DNA from: Betaproteobacteria bacterium
GTDB lineage: Bacteria > Pseudomonadota > Gammaproteobacteria > Burkholderiales > SG8-39
Reading direction: 5' to 3'
Assembly: GCA_009693235.1 (NCBI GenBank)
Contig: SHXR01000014.1
Span: 3,152-67,151 of the forward strand
DNA length: 64,000 nt
The translations under genes were made by a program, and so were the position numbers. Below the pieces are notes generated by a model. The model ran no database searches. It had not been told where the DNA came from and saw only the letters and a list, made by a program, of their open reading frames with translations. The first letter of the stretch is position 1; the number at the start of each line of letters is the position of its first letter. Of this stretch, positions 9,286 to 19,445 are shown one piece after another.

Positions 9286-10940
9286 CTATTGTAAAACGCC
9301 AACGGCCGGACGACTCGCCCACGCCGCTGACAATATGCACGACAACGCCGCGCCAAGGGCGACTGTCAAACCGATGATGTGGAGCACAGGTGTTGACGCA
9401 AAGATCAGCACCCCAAATCCGCACAGCGTTGTGATGGTTGCCACCGCGATGGCACGGGCGGTGCGTGTGCGTTCGTCCGCATCGAGCGTTTCACCGCTAA
9501 AGAACAGCGCATAGTTGACACCAGTACCGAGCACGAGCAGCAGCGACACCACATGAAGGAACGTGATTTTCTCTCCAAAGAGCATCAGGAGTGCCGCTGT
9601 TGCGCTGATTGCCGTCAATACCGGCAGCATGATGCGCCCAACCCGTCTGGGATCACGAGTGCCGATCATCAACACACCGGCGATGATCGCCATCCGAATA
9701 GCGCGATCAGCACCGAGCGTCGTCCATGGGCGGAGAGCATCCCGTCGGATTCGCGCTTGAGATCGAAGAAGCTGATCGCCGGATCGCCCAGCCCAATGAC
9801 AGCGCGCTCGATTGCCCCCGCGTCGTGAGCGCCGGTGAGCGGGGCAAGCCCAATCATTTGTCCGTCAATATTGACGAGCAACGCATCGAGTGCACTACGC
9901 CATGGCGTGCCATCGAGATCTGCAGGGGTCATGAGCGGTGCGGTCCGCGCCGCAGCGACATCGCGCAGGAACGGGGCAAAGAGATCGTCCTTGAACGGTA
10001 GACCAACCAACGCTTCACGCAACCGGGGCGCCAGCACCGCATCAGGCGGCAATGCGGCCAGACGTTGTGCTTGGACCTTCGCCCCTGGGATATAGCGCGC
10101 CGGTGAATCGTAGCTGCCCAGCAACCCGTCATCGATCAATCGATCGAGCAGGCGATGCACCGGGTCGAATCGATCGAGGACGGTACCGATATCGTCGACT
10201 CGCACACTCACCAGAAATCGGACGTCCGGCGCGTTCATCGCCACCCGCATCTCGTAATCCAATTGCTTGTCTTCTTCGGCGATCGGATTCAGCCGTTCCA
10301 GATCATGCTCCCAGATGGTTGCATGGCGCGCCCCCAGATACGTTGCGCTCGCCAACAGAATGATCGGGACCAGCAACGCTGCGCGACGCAGTTGGGCCAT
10401 CGTGCGTTCAATCACCCCATTGACCCATCCGATGCGGTGCTGATCGGCAATCGCCCCCCCCCAAGCGCGCATCGACCGACAGGGCGGGAATGACGAAGCG
10501 AGTCACGAGCCCTGCAACGCCGACGCCGGCGAGCGTAAAAAGACCAAGCTGCGCCACGCCGCTGAAGCTTGAGGCGAGCATGGCAGCCGATCCGAATACC
10601 GTGGTCAATACTGCGAGTCGCAGACTGGGTCCGATGCGCCGCGCGGTAACACGCATCGTCTCATTCGCACGACGCTGCATGAAGAGGTACGTCGGATAGT
10701 CAACCGCTTTGCCGATCAGCGTGGCGCCAAATCCAATCGTGATGATGTGGCAGCTGCCAAACACCAGTCCGACAGACCCGATCGCCGCCACGACCCCGGA
10801 GGCCACCGGAAGGAATGCGAGCATTGTCAAGCGGGGGCTGCGATACGCGATCGTAAGTACGGCGAACACCAGCAACGTCGATACGATGGTCAACCACCAC
10901 GCATCCGCTTCGATCGATTGCTGCGATTTTCGCGCAAAGA
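9286..10940 (-). pseudogene. MMPL/RND-superfamily (COG4258-like) exporter remnant, N-terminally truncated and frameshifted
   Basis: Three minus-strand pieces in three frames read as one exporter: the C-terminal half of ORF 10408..11457 (AWWLTIVSTLLVFAVLTIAYRSPRL...GFGATLIGKAVDYPTYLF), ORF 9669..10472 (periplasmic loop) and ORF 9286..9693 (second TM bundle, LLLVLGTGVNYALFF). The shifts lie at the C9/G9 run 10454-10462 and near 9693-9700. The first TM helix and first loop are absent. Confidence 0.55.
10454..10462. repeat. C9 (G9 on the coding strand) homopolymer tract
   Basis: Counted directly: tcgCCCCCCCCCaag. It coincides with the frame change between ORFs 10408..11457 and 9669..10472. Confidence 0.95.
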
Positions 10941-11678
10941 CCGCCGGACCGCGCCCACCATAGAAAAAATGCAGCGTTCGATTGGCAAGCCGCGGCTCGG
11001 CTGCCAGGCCGCGTGCGATGGCAATCATCGGTGAGAGCCCGGAGCCACCGGCGATGCAGACAAGATCCAGTGCGCTATCGCGGCGCAGGAAAGCCATGCC
11101 ATACGGCCCGTCGATCGTCACACTCGCGCCGATGGCAACCCCGTCGAACAACGCGTTCGATCCGGCACCATTCGGTACACGTTTGATCTGAAAATGCCAT
11201 TCGCCCTCTGCATTTGCCAGGTTGGACATCGAATACGCACGCAGACCCGCCACGCCCGGTAGGTCCAAGAGCGCGTATTGCCCGGGCTCAAAGAGCGGTG
11301 GTTCCTTCGCTTGAAAGAGGAATTCCTGAATATCGCGAGTCAGATCGCGCGTCGCGATCAGCCGCGCCTGAAAACGCGTGGGCGAACGAATGTGGGCCGC
11401 GACTCTTCCTGCAAGCGCACCTTGATCCGGCAATCGCTCGTTGGGCGCGACTGACAAGCGAGCACCCGATTCCTCGCCTTGTCACGCGCGGAGAGTCCCG
11501 GTGCATCCGGCCAGTTGCTCGCGACCGCTCCCGCGATCAATTCGACCTTGCAGGTCCCGCATGCACCGACGTCGCATTCGTATGGGATGCCAAACCCCGC
11601 CCGCAGCCCAGCGCGGAGCAAGGTGTCGTCGCTCGCACATTCGAACGCGTCGCCTTCGTTCAACGCGATGGAAGGCAT
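10941..11678 (-). pseudogene. [2Fe-2S] ferredoxin-FNR type oxygenase reductase remnant (frameshifted, C-terminally truncated)
   Basis: ORF 11358..11678 has a plant-type ferredoxin motif (CDVGACGTCKV...LACQ). The FNR module continues in another frame (ORF 10408..11457: RAYSMSN FAD motif, IAGGSGLSPM NAD motif). It stops after LHFFYGGRGPA, where exporter sequence begins. The frameshift lies near 11385-11400. Confidence 0.6.
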
Positions 11679-11681
11679 GCG

Positions 11682-13370
11682 TTAGCGAGTGTCCTCGAGA
11701 TGTTCTCGCTCATTACGCACCCCGCTCGCCGGTCGCGTTGCTTCCTGCCCCCGCAATTCGACCCGACGAATCTTCCCGGAAATGGTTTTCGGCAGATCAC
11801 TAAACTCGATGCGTCGGATCAGTTTGTAGCTCGACAGGCGCTCGCGAAGAAACTTGAAAATAGCGCCGGCAGTGTTCGCATCCGGCGCATGGCCTTGGGC
11901 GAGAACGACATACGCTTTCGGCACGAAGCCCCGCACCGGATCAGGGGAAGGCACCACCGCAGCCTCCGCCACCGCCGGATGTTCGATCAGCGCGCTCTCC
12001 AGTTCGAACGGGCTGATGCGATAGCCCGAGGACTTGAACACATCATCCGAGCGGCCAACGTAAGTGATGTAGCCCTCGGCATCACGCATGCCGACATCGC
12101 CGGTATGGTAGTAACCGTCCCGCATTGCCTCGGCGGTCTTGTCGGCATCATCGGCATAGCCATTCATCAAGGCGACCGGGCGCCACGCAAGATCGATACA
12201 GATCTCGCCTTCATTGGCAGGCTTGCCGTCGCTATCGATGAGAGCAACGGTATAACCCGGCAAGGGGCGACCCATCGAACCGGCCTTGAGCGGCGCACCC
12301 GGCGGGTTACCCACCATCGCGGTGGTTTCCGTCTGACCATAGCCATCGCGAATGGTGAGATGCCAGGCAGCGCGCACCCGCTCGATCACTTCCGGATTGA
12401 GCGGTTCACCCGCTGAAATCAATTCACGCAACTTCACTGGCCAGCGTGCCAGATCTTCCTGGATCAGCATGCGCCACACGGTGGGCGGGGCGCACAGGGT
12501 CTGCACGCCGTTCTTCACCAACACATCGAGGATTGCCGGCCCATGGAACCGTGTGTAGTTGTAGATGAAGATGGTCGCCTGGGCATTGAGGGGCGCAAAG
12601 AAACAGCTCCAGGCGTGTTTCGCCCAGCCAGGCGAGCTGATCGTCCAGTGCACGTCGCCTTTCCCCAGGCCCAGCCAGTACATCGTCGAGAGATGCCCCA
12701 CCGGATAACTTTGCTGGGTGTGTTGCACGAGCTTGGGTCGCGCAGTGGTGCCGGAAGTGAAATACTCGAGGAGCGGATCACGCACCGTCGTTCGACGAGC
12801 GGGCCCGAACGATGCAAGGGCGGTATCGGACTCGCGATAGTCCACCCAGCCGGCACGCGCACCGGCGACGGCGATCCGGCGTATCGATCCGAGGGTAGCG
12901 GCAGGGAGCGCCTCGAATTTCGCCAGACCGGCTGCATTGGTGACGACGAATCGCACATTGCCCCGCTGTAAGCGATCAGTGAGGTCATCGCCGGACAAGA
13001 GCGTCGTTGCTGGAATCACCACCGCGCCCAGCTTGATCGCAGCGATCATGGTTTCCCATAGCGCCACTTCGTTGCCCAACATCAACAGGATACGGTCACC
13101 TGCCTTGGCACCCTGCCCCACCAGAAAATGAGCGACCTGATTGGATCGACGGCTCAATGCCGCATAGGTGAGGCTCGCCTCGGCACCCGATTCTTCGAGA
13201 ATACGCAACGCCAGCTGGTCATTCCCGGCGGCGATCGAATCGAAGTAATCGAGCGCCCAGTTGAACTGATCCAACACCGGCCATTGAAAGCCCGTGCAGG
13301 CAGCAGTGTAATCGGTGCGTTGTGCAATCAAATGATCCCGCGCGGCGAGGAAGCGCTGTAGTTCGCTCAT
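11682..13370 (-). CDS. AMP-dependent acyl-CoA synthetase/ligase
   Basis: AMP-binding signature YFTSGTTARPK, plus YHTGD and SGKIRR motifs. 562 aa. Confidence 0.85.
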   Translation of the reverse strand: MSELQRFLAARDHLIAQRTDYTAACTGFQWPVLDQFNWALDYFDSIAAGNDQLALRILEESGAEASLTYAALSRRSNQVAHFLVGQGAKAGDRILLMLGNEVALWETMIAAIKLGAVVIPATTLLSGDDLTDRLQRGNVRFVVTNAAGLAKFEALPAATLGSIRRIAVAGARAGWVDYRESDTALASFGPARRTTVRDPLLEYFTSGTTARPKLVQHTQQSYPVGHLSTMYWLGLGKGDVHWTISSPGWAKHAWSCFFAPLNAQATIFIYNYTRFHGPAILDVLVKNGVQTLCAPPTVWRMLIQEDLARWPVKLRELISAGEPLNPEVIERVRAAWHLTIRDGYGQTETTAMVGNPPGAPLKAGSMGRPLPGYTVALIDSDGKPANEGEICIDLAWRPVALMNGYADDADKTAEAMRDGYYHTGDVGMRDAEGYITYVGRSDDVFKSSGYRISPFELESALIEHPAVAEAAVVPSPDPVRGFVPKAYVVLAQGHAPDANTAGAIFKFLRERLSSYKLIRRIEFSDLPKTISGKIRRVELRGQEATRPASGVRNEREHLEDTR

Positions 13371-13379
13371 GGCCCGGAC

Positions 13380-14540
13380 CTACTTCCAGAATTGCTTGGT
13401 AGCGATCCGAGCCCCTTCGGCCATCGCGGCCATCTTGGCCCACACCACGTCCGGATCCACTGCGGCTTGCCCGACCCAGGTGCCATAACCGCAATCGCTA
13501 CCGGCGATCACATTGTCGCGTCCGACGAGATTGGCATAGCGAGCGATCCGTTGCGCGATGAGCTCCGGATGCTCAATAAAATTCGATTTCGACTCCAAGA
13601 CGCCCGGAATCAGCACCTTGCCCGCAGGCAGCTTCACTTTCTCGAACAACGTCCACTCATGCGCATGCCGGGGATTGGCCGCTTCAAACGAAATCGCATT
13701 CGGCCGCGCCTTGAACACGATATCGATGATGTCAGCAAACGGTACATCGCGATGATGCGGCCCTTCATAGTTACCCCAGCACACATGGATCCGCAATTGG
13801 TCAGGCGATATATTGGCGAGCGCATGATTCAATGCTTCGACATGGAGCTGCGCACGCTTGCGGAACTCATCGAGCGGCAACTTCGCATACTGAATATGTC
13901 GGCCCATGCCGAGATCCGGACAGTCGATCTGCAACACGAACCCTGTCTTGGCGACCGTCTCGTATTCATGGCGCATCGCATCGGCAATGGCGAACAGATA
14001 CGCTTCCTGGGAAGGATAGTGATCGTTCCGAAAAAACAGCGACACCACACCGGGCGATGCCGCGCTCATAAACCCGCCACGCGCCTTGACCACCGCCAGC
14101 GCGGCCTTGAGATTCTCGACATCGGCCACCGCCGCACCGGCATCCCGCACACTGATCGGCGCATTGCAGGCCGGGGTCTTGCGACGCGACCGGCCGGGAT
14201 CGCCAAATACCCGCTTGGCAAGATTCGGATATTCGTCGAGATCCTGATAGACAAACGTATTGCCGGTACCGCCAAACCCGTTCAACCGATCCTTCACATA
14301 GGTGGCATAGCTTGGCTTGCTAAGCTCGCCATCGTTCACCAGATCGACGCCCGCCTCGGCCTGCTTCTTCACCACCTCGGCCACTGCCGATTGCACCCGC
14401 GCAGCCAGTGCTACCGGCTCCACTGGCACACCGCTTTCTTTCGCATACATCATCTGAATCAGATCCTCAGGCCGCGGCAGACTACCGGTATGCGTGGTGA
14501 GAAATCGATCGGTGCTTCGTTGCATGGCGTGCTCCGGCAT
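13380..14540 (-). CDS. cobalamin-independent methionine synthase (MetE C-terminal domain)-like Zn protein
   Basis: N-terminus LTTHTGSLPRPEDL. Putative Zn-ligand motifs IHVCWGN (HxC) and GSDCGYG. The size matches stand-alone MetE-like proteins. Confidence 0.7.
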   Translation of the reverse strand: MPEHAMQRSTDRFLTTHTGSLPRPEDLIQMMYAKESGVPVEPVALAARVQSAVAEVVKKQAEAGVDLVNDGELSKPSYATYVKDRLNGFGGTGNTFVYQDLDEYPNLAKRVFGDPGRSRRKTPACNAPISVRDAGAAVADVENLKAALAVVKARGGFMSAASPGVVSLFFRNDHYPSQEAYLFAIADAMRHEYETVAKTGFVLQIDCPDLGMGRHIQYAKLPLDEFRKRAQLHVEALNHALANISPDQLRIHVCWGNYEGPHHRDVPFADIIDIVFKARPNAISFEAANPRHAHEWTLFEKVKLPAGKVLIPGVLESKSNFIEHPELIAQRIARYANLVGRDNVIAGSDCGYGTWVGQAAVDPDVVWAKMAAMAEGARIATKQFWK

Positions 14541-14557
14541 AGAATGGATTTTGCCGC

Positions 14558-15763
14558 TCAGATGAGTGGAGAATTCGGCGACAGCCCAAGCGCCACCCGC
14601 CCGTACATCTCCGCGTTGGTGGGCAAGGACAGCAGACCGTGGCCATTGATCCCCCGCAAATCGCGAATCGCCATTTGCAGCGGACTGGATTCAGCGAGTC
14701 CGCTGCCGCTTGACGCGAGCACCAACGGCTCGATCGCCTCCAGGCACAGGCGCACCGCATACGCGCAGTCCATGCGGGCCTTGGCGCGGCGCACGAACGG
14801 CATTTCCGTGCGGGCCACGGCGTGCTCTTCGATCTCATCGACCATGGCATGCAAAATCAGATTGGCGGTATCGATTCTGGTCGCCGCCTCGGCCACCTGG
14901 ATATGGGTGATCGGCATCTCAAGCTGCTTCTCATCGAACGTGTACGACACGGTTCGCCCGGGCAATTTTGCTTTGAACGTGTCGAGTCCACGGCGCGCAA
15001 CGCCGATCGCCGCGCTGCAAATAAAGAGCGCCAAGACCGGCACCGGGGCGGAAAAATACAGGTTCGACTGATGCAAGGCCGCGCCCGGCGATTTGCCGGC
15101 AATCGCAGCGGGCACCGACAAGAACCGGTGCTCAGGCACGAAAATATCCTTGACCACGACACCGTTGCTACCGGTACCGGTGAGTCCGGTGACATACCAG
15201 TCGTCCTGAATGGCGATATCGGCGACCGGGATCACCATCACCCCAGCATCCACGACCCCCCCCTCATCACCTGTCACGAGCTCGCCGAGAATGACCCACT
15301 GTGCGTGATGCACGCCGGAGCAAAAGGGCCAGAACCCCGAGAGGCGGTAGCCGCCTTGCACCTTCTTCGCTTGGCCACGCGGAGCGAGTACGGCCGACAA
15401 GATTGCCTCCACATTGCTGCCATAGACATCGGCCTGTGCCTGCTCACCGAAGAGCCCCATCAACCATGCATGCGCGTGATAGACGCCCAAGCACCATCCG
15501 GTCGAGCCGCAGCCGCGGGCGACGGCCGCGACCACATCGATATGCACATGCATGCTTTGTTCCAGCCCACCGCAGCGGCCCGGCTGCAGGACTTTGATCA
15601 CCCCAGCCTGCTTCAGGAGCTGGACACTCTCCGGGAGCAATTTACGCGCAGCAATGGTTCTGAGCGCACCCGCCGTCAACTCAGGGATCAGTGCGGTGGC
15701 CTTGGCGAGCGCCTCGCTTGCAAGGCTCGCTTTGGCCGTGGAGCCCACCTTGTTCGCCGGCAT
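14558..15763 (-). CDS. acyl-CoA dehydrogenase-fold flavoprotein (type-2 ACAD / group D flavin monooxygenase-like)
   Basis: 401 aa with the overall ACAD type-2 pattern (STGWCLGVYHAHAW..., C-terminal helical domain). This is a family-level call only. Confidence 0.65.
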   Translation of the reverse strand: MPANKVGSTAKASLASEALAKATALIPELTAGALRTIAARKLLPESVQLLKQAGVIKVLQPGRCGGLEQSMHVHIDVVAAVARGCGSTGWCLGVYHAHAWLMGLFGEQAQADVYGSNVEAILSAVLAPRGQAKKVQGGYRLSGFWPFCSGVHHAQWVILGELVTGDEGGVVDAGVMVIPVADIAIQDDWYVTGLTGTGSNGVVVKDIFVPEHRFLSVPAAIAGKSPGAALHQSNLYFSAPVPVLALFICSAAIGVARRGLDTFKAKLPGRTVSYTFDEKQLEMPITHIQVAEAATRIDTANLILHAMVDEIEEHAVARTEMPFVRRAKARMDCAYAVRLCLEAIEPLVLASSGSGLAESSPLQMAIRDLRGINGHGLLSLPTNAEMYGRVALGLSPNSPLI

Positions 15764-15825
15764 GAATATTGTTCCTTATCGATTCTAAGCGAGGTCGAGC
15801 AACACGGTCCGGCCGACACGGCAAG

Positions 15826-16551
15826 CTATCGCGATCCCGCTTCGACATCTTCGCCAAGATAAGCCTCACGAATATGCCGTGTCGCCAATAGATCTTTGGG
15901 CTTGCCTGTTGAGACGATGCGACCGCCCTCCACCACATAGACCCGCTCGGCAATGTCCAACGCGATCGCAACATTTTGCTCGATCAGGAGCATCGACATG
16001 CCGTCGGCGTGGATCTTCTTCAGCACTTCAAACAATTGCTGCGTGATCAGGGGCGATAAGCCAAGCGATGGTTCATCCACCAGCAACAATTTCGGGCGCG
16101 CCATCAAGGCACGGCCGACCGCGAGCATCTGCTGCTGCCCCCCCGAGAGCGTGCCTGCGATCTGGCGCCTGCGTTCTTTCAGAATCGGAAAAATCTCGTA
16201 GACGCGCTCCATGCCTTGCACACGATGGAGACGCGCGGCCGGGCGATAGCAGCCCATTTCCAGATTCTCTTCCACCGTCATGCCGACGAACAGGCGCCGC
16301 CCCTCAGGAATCAACGCCACGCCAAGTTCGCACATCGCTTGCGACGGCAGCGCGGTCACCTCGACGCCATCCAACCAGATCGAACCACCGCGTGAGGGCA
16401 AAATCCGCGCGATCGAATTGATCAGCGTGGTCTTGCCGGCGCCGTTGGGCCCGACCACTGCGACCAATTCGCCAGCCCCCACCGTCATCGAGATACCCCA
16501 AAGGGCCGGTGCATCGCCGTAGGACACATCCAATGCGCGCACTTCAAGCAT
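15826..16551 (-). CDS. ABC transporter ATP-binding protein, LivF-like
   Basis: Walker A GPNGAGKTT, signature LSGGQQQML, Walker B LLLVDEPS. Confidence 0.85.
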   Translation of the reverse strand: MLEVRALDVSYGDAPALWGISMTVGAGELVAVVGPNGAGKTTLINSIARILPSRGGSIWLDGVEVTALPSQAMCELGVALIPEGRRLFVGMTVEENLEMGCYRPAARLHRVQGMERVYEIFPILKERRRQIAGTLSGGQQQMLAVGRALMARPKLLLVDEPSLGLSPLITQQLFEVLKKIHADGMSMLLIEQNVAIALDIAERVYVVEGGRIVSTGKPKDLLATRHIREAYLGEDVEAGSR

Positions 16552-18316
16552 GGGCCTTCCCCAGGTAGGCGGTAATCACGGCGGGCCGACGCATCACATC
16601 GCGCGGTTCGCCTTCCGCGATGACTTCGCCATGATCAAGGACGATCAATCGTTCGGTCAATGCCAGCACCGCGCGCATGTTGTGCTCGATAAAGATGATG
16701 GTGGCGCCGCGATCTCGAATGCTGCGGACCATGCTCACCGCCGAGGCGATCTCAGTGGGGGTCAGGCCGGCCAGCACTTCGTCTAGCAAGACCAATTCCG
16801 AGCCAGACGCCAAGGCCCGCGCGATCTCCAGGAACTTCCGCTGATGCAGGTTCAGCTCGGTGGGCAACGCATCGGCGCGCCCCGCCAGCCCAACGTGTTC
16901 GAGTGCGGTACGGGCCTGTGCTTCGGCTGCCGCACGTTGCAAGCCAAACGGACCGTACATCGCCGGGAGTGCGACGTTCTCAAGGACCGACAAACGCACA
17001 AATGGACGCGGGATCTGATAAGTACGTCCCACGCCCAACGCGGCGATCTTATGGGCCTCCTCCTTGGCGAGATCGCGGTCGCGAAACAGGATGCGTCCGG
17101 CATCGGGACGGTAGAAGCCACTGATCGTATTGATCAGCGTGGACTTGCCCGATCCGTTTGGCCCCACGATGCCAAGGATCTCGCCTTTCCTCACTTCCAG
17201 GCTGATCCCTGCCAACGCGCGGACGCCACGAAAGGAAAGCTGCACGTCTTCACAACGAAGCAGCACCTGGCTCGCACCGGCCGGCTTGGGCGCCGGCGCG
17301 GCCGGACGATGCTCGGTTGCCCGGTCAATGCCGGCGGCGACATGCTCGGTATCCTGCGCACGGGCTCGCGATTGCCGTTTTCTTCGCCGTGATTCCAAGA
17401 GGCCCATCAGACCATCGGGCAAGTAGAGGATCGCGACGATCAGGATCAAGCCGATCAGCGCGCGACCTGCCAAGGCCCACTCCCCGCCCACGAACACATA
17501 GTTGAGCGTCGTAATGAACGCAGCCCCAATTGCCGCGCCCAACCAATGGCGTGACCCGCCGATCAAACTCATCAGCACCACGAATAAGGGCACCGTAATC
17601 GAGAAGGTTTCCGGGACGGTCACGTAACTTACATAGACGGCTTGGATGCCGCCACCAACCCCGGCGATAAAACTCGACAGGCCAAGGGCAATCAGCTTGA
17701 ACCGATAGGTTGGCACACCGAGCACTTCGGCGACATCCTCATCGTCGGCAATCGCAAACAACCCGCCGCCAAAACGGGAATGCTGTACCCACCAGGCCAG
17801 TGCGAGCGATGCGACCGCGGTTAAGAGCGCGAACAGATACAACGAGGTCGCCGGTGACCCATAGATGTTCGCGATCTTGATGCCCGAGAGAAACACGCCT
17901 GGACCGCCGTCAATCGACGTATTGAGGGCGATGGTCGCCAGCACGAACGTTACCGCCAGCGTGAGCAATGCAAACAATTCTCCCCGCAGCTGTTTGACGC
18001 GAAAGACGACCGCACCGATCAACACGCCAACCACCGCGGCGATGATGCCTGCGATCGGCAGCGTCAAGAGGAAATCCATTTCTCCCTTGGTGGCGAGATT
18101 CGCCGTCGTGTACATGCCAATGCCGAAAAACGCCCCATGCCCGAACGAGAAATAACCGGTGTAGCCGGACAGGATCTGCCACGAGCTGGTGAGCGCGATC
18201 CAGAAAAACACCAGATAAAGAAACGATTCCAGAAAGGCTGGCGGCTTGAACGCAGGAAATGCGATCAGCGCAACAACGATCAGCCCAGCTGCGAGAAATC
18301 CGCGTTTATCCTTCAT
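16544..18316 (-). CDS. fused LivM-like permease / LivG-like ATPase
   Basis: A hydrophobic N-terminal half of about 320 aa is followed by Walker A GPNGSGKST and Walker B LVLLDEV. Overlaps the LivF-like gene by 8 nt. Confidence 0.8.
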   Translation of the reverse strand: MKDKRGFLAAGLIVVALIAFPAFKPPAFLESFLYLVFFWIALTSSWQILSGYTGYFSFGHGAFFGIGMYTTANLATKGEMDFLLTLPIAGIIAAVVGVLIGAVVFRVKQLRGELFALLTLAVTFVLATIALNTSIDGGPGVFLSGIKIANIYGSPATSLYLFALLTAVASLALAWWVQHSRFGGGLFAIADDEDVAEVLGVPTYRFKLIALGLSSFIAGVGGGIQAVYVSYVTVPETFSITVPLFVVLMSLIGGSRHWLGAAIGAAFITTLNYVFVGGEWALAGRALIGLILIVAILYLPDGLMGLLESRRRKRQSRARAQDTEHVAAGIDRATEHRPAAPAPKPAGASQVLLRCEDVQLSFRGVRALAGISLEVRKGEILGIVGPNGSGKSTLINTISGFYRPDAGRILFRDRDLAKEEAHKIAALGVGRTYQIPRPFVRLSVLENVALPAMYGPFGLQRAAAEAQARTALEHVGLAGRADALPTELNLHQRKFLEIARALASGSELVLLDEVLAGLTPTEIASAVSMVRSIRDRGATIIFIEHNMRAVLALTERLIVLDHGEVIAEGEPRDVMRRPAVITAYLGKAHA

Positions 18317-18318
18317 GG

Positions 18319-19170
18319 TCAGACTTTATGCGGGCGCAAGATGAGGATCGCGATGAGCAAGGTGAACGACACCAGCGGCGCCCAGGTCGGCGCAGTGACC
18401 GCCATGGTGATGGCCTCGCTCACACCGATGACAAGGCTTGCCACCAATAAGCCAAGGGGATTGCCCAGTCCGCCAAGAATCACCGCCGCAAAGACTACGC
18501 CCAGCCAGACCACGACCTGCGCCGGGGCCAGCGTAGAGATGAGCGCGATGAAAACACCGGCGATCGCAGCAGTGGCGCCACTGATGCCTGCGATCAGATA
18601 TGCGAGGCGCTTGTGATTCACTCCGTATGCGCCGGCGATGATCGGATTCTCTGCGCTCGCCCGCAACGCCTTGCCGACATACGTGAACTTAAGCCATGCC
18701 CAGGTAACGACTGCCACGATCACCGCGACGAAGAACATCAGACACTCGACGATCGGTACATAGATGGCGCCGATCTTGATGGAAGCGGTGCCATAACTGG
18801 TTTCCAGCCGGCGAAAGTCCGCTGACCAGATCCACTGGATCAGCGTCTCCAGCAACACCAGAATGCCAAACGTGACCAACAACGATGCAAACTCGTTGAC
18901 GGAAAACCGGATCAGCAGATATTGCAGCGCGATGCCGATGAGAAAGAAAATCGGCAACAAAATTAACAAGGCGAGCCCCGGATTCAAACCGGCCACACCG
19001 ATCAGCTGGTAACTCAGGTAAGCGGCGAGAAACACAAATGCGAAATGAGCAAGATTGATGACTTGGAGGAATCGCCACGAAAGACTCAATCCGAGCCCAA
19101 GCAGGGTGTAGAGGCCGCCGATCAGGATCCCGGAGAGGATGGACTGAGCAAGAAGGGATGCGCTTGGCAT
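18319..19170 (-). CDS. branched-chain amino acid type ABC permease, LivH-like
   Basis: Start chosen at MPSASLLAQSILSGILIGGLY (ATG at 19170). Hydrophobic throughout. Two nt upstream of the LivM/G gene. Confidence 0.8.
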   Translation of the reverse strand: MPSASLLAQSILSGILIGGLYTLLGLGLSLSWRFLQVINLAHFAFVFLAAYLSYQLIGVAGLNPGLALLILLPIFFLIGIALQYLLIRFSVNEFASLLVTFGILVLLETLIQWIWSADFRRLETSYGTASIKIGAIYVPIVECLMFFVAVIVAVVTWAWLKFTYVGKALRASAENPIIAGAYGVNHKRLAYLIAGISGATAAIAGVFIALISTLAPAQVVVWLGVVFAAVILGGLGNPLGLLVASLVIGVSEAITMAVTAPTWAPLVSFTLLIAILILRPHKV

Positions 19171-19445
19171 GGCGTACCCCGCTATGGGACGGCATGAACT
19201 GCGAAACGACCGGGTGGGATCTGGCGCACAGAACGAAGGCGCAATCCCGCATGCGAACAACCTTGCCTCATCGTATCCCCATTTTTGTGATGTTCTCGGT
19301 ATTGGTCCTGGTCGCTTGAAGCCCCGGCGCTTCGTGGCCGCATCGCTCCCCAGTCAGCTTGCATCCGGCCTTGCCGCGAGGATTGTACCTACGATTGCGC
19401 AACGTCATCTTAAGTTGAACCGCTCAGCATCGGTGCCGATAACCC

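Noticed and set aside
13392-15071. 559-aa plus-strand ORF. Similar long ORFs lie antisense to real genes: 11214..12416, 14822..15862, 28347..29360, 29995..30888, 33052..33861, 34207..35019, 40386..41210 and 54613..55455.
   Set aside because: They lie antisense to genes with clear family motifs. Their translations are Arg/His/Pro-rich with no recognisable domains. Such shadow ORFs are expected in GC-rich DNA.
15256-15263. C8 homopolymer inside the ACAD-fold gene as another frameshift site.
   Set aside because: The reading frame is continuous across it (..DEGGVVDAG..), so it is not a lesion.
16544-18316. LivM-LivG fusion as a possible frameshift or assembly artefact.
   Set aside because: It is a single continuous frame with a plausible linker. 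Fused permease-ATPase genes of this type are commonly annotated in related bacteria. There is no evidence of a lesion.
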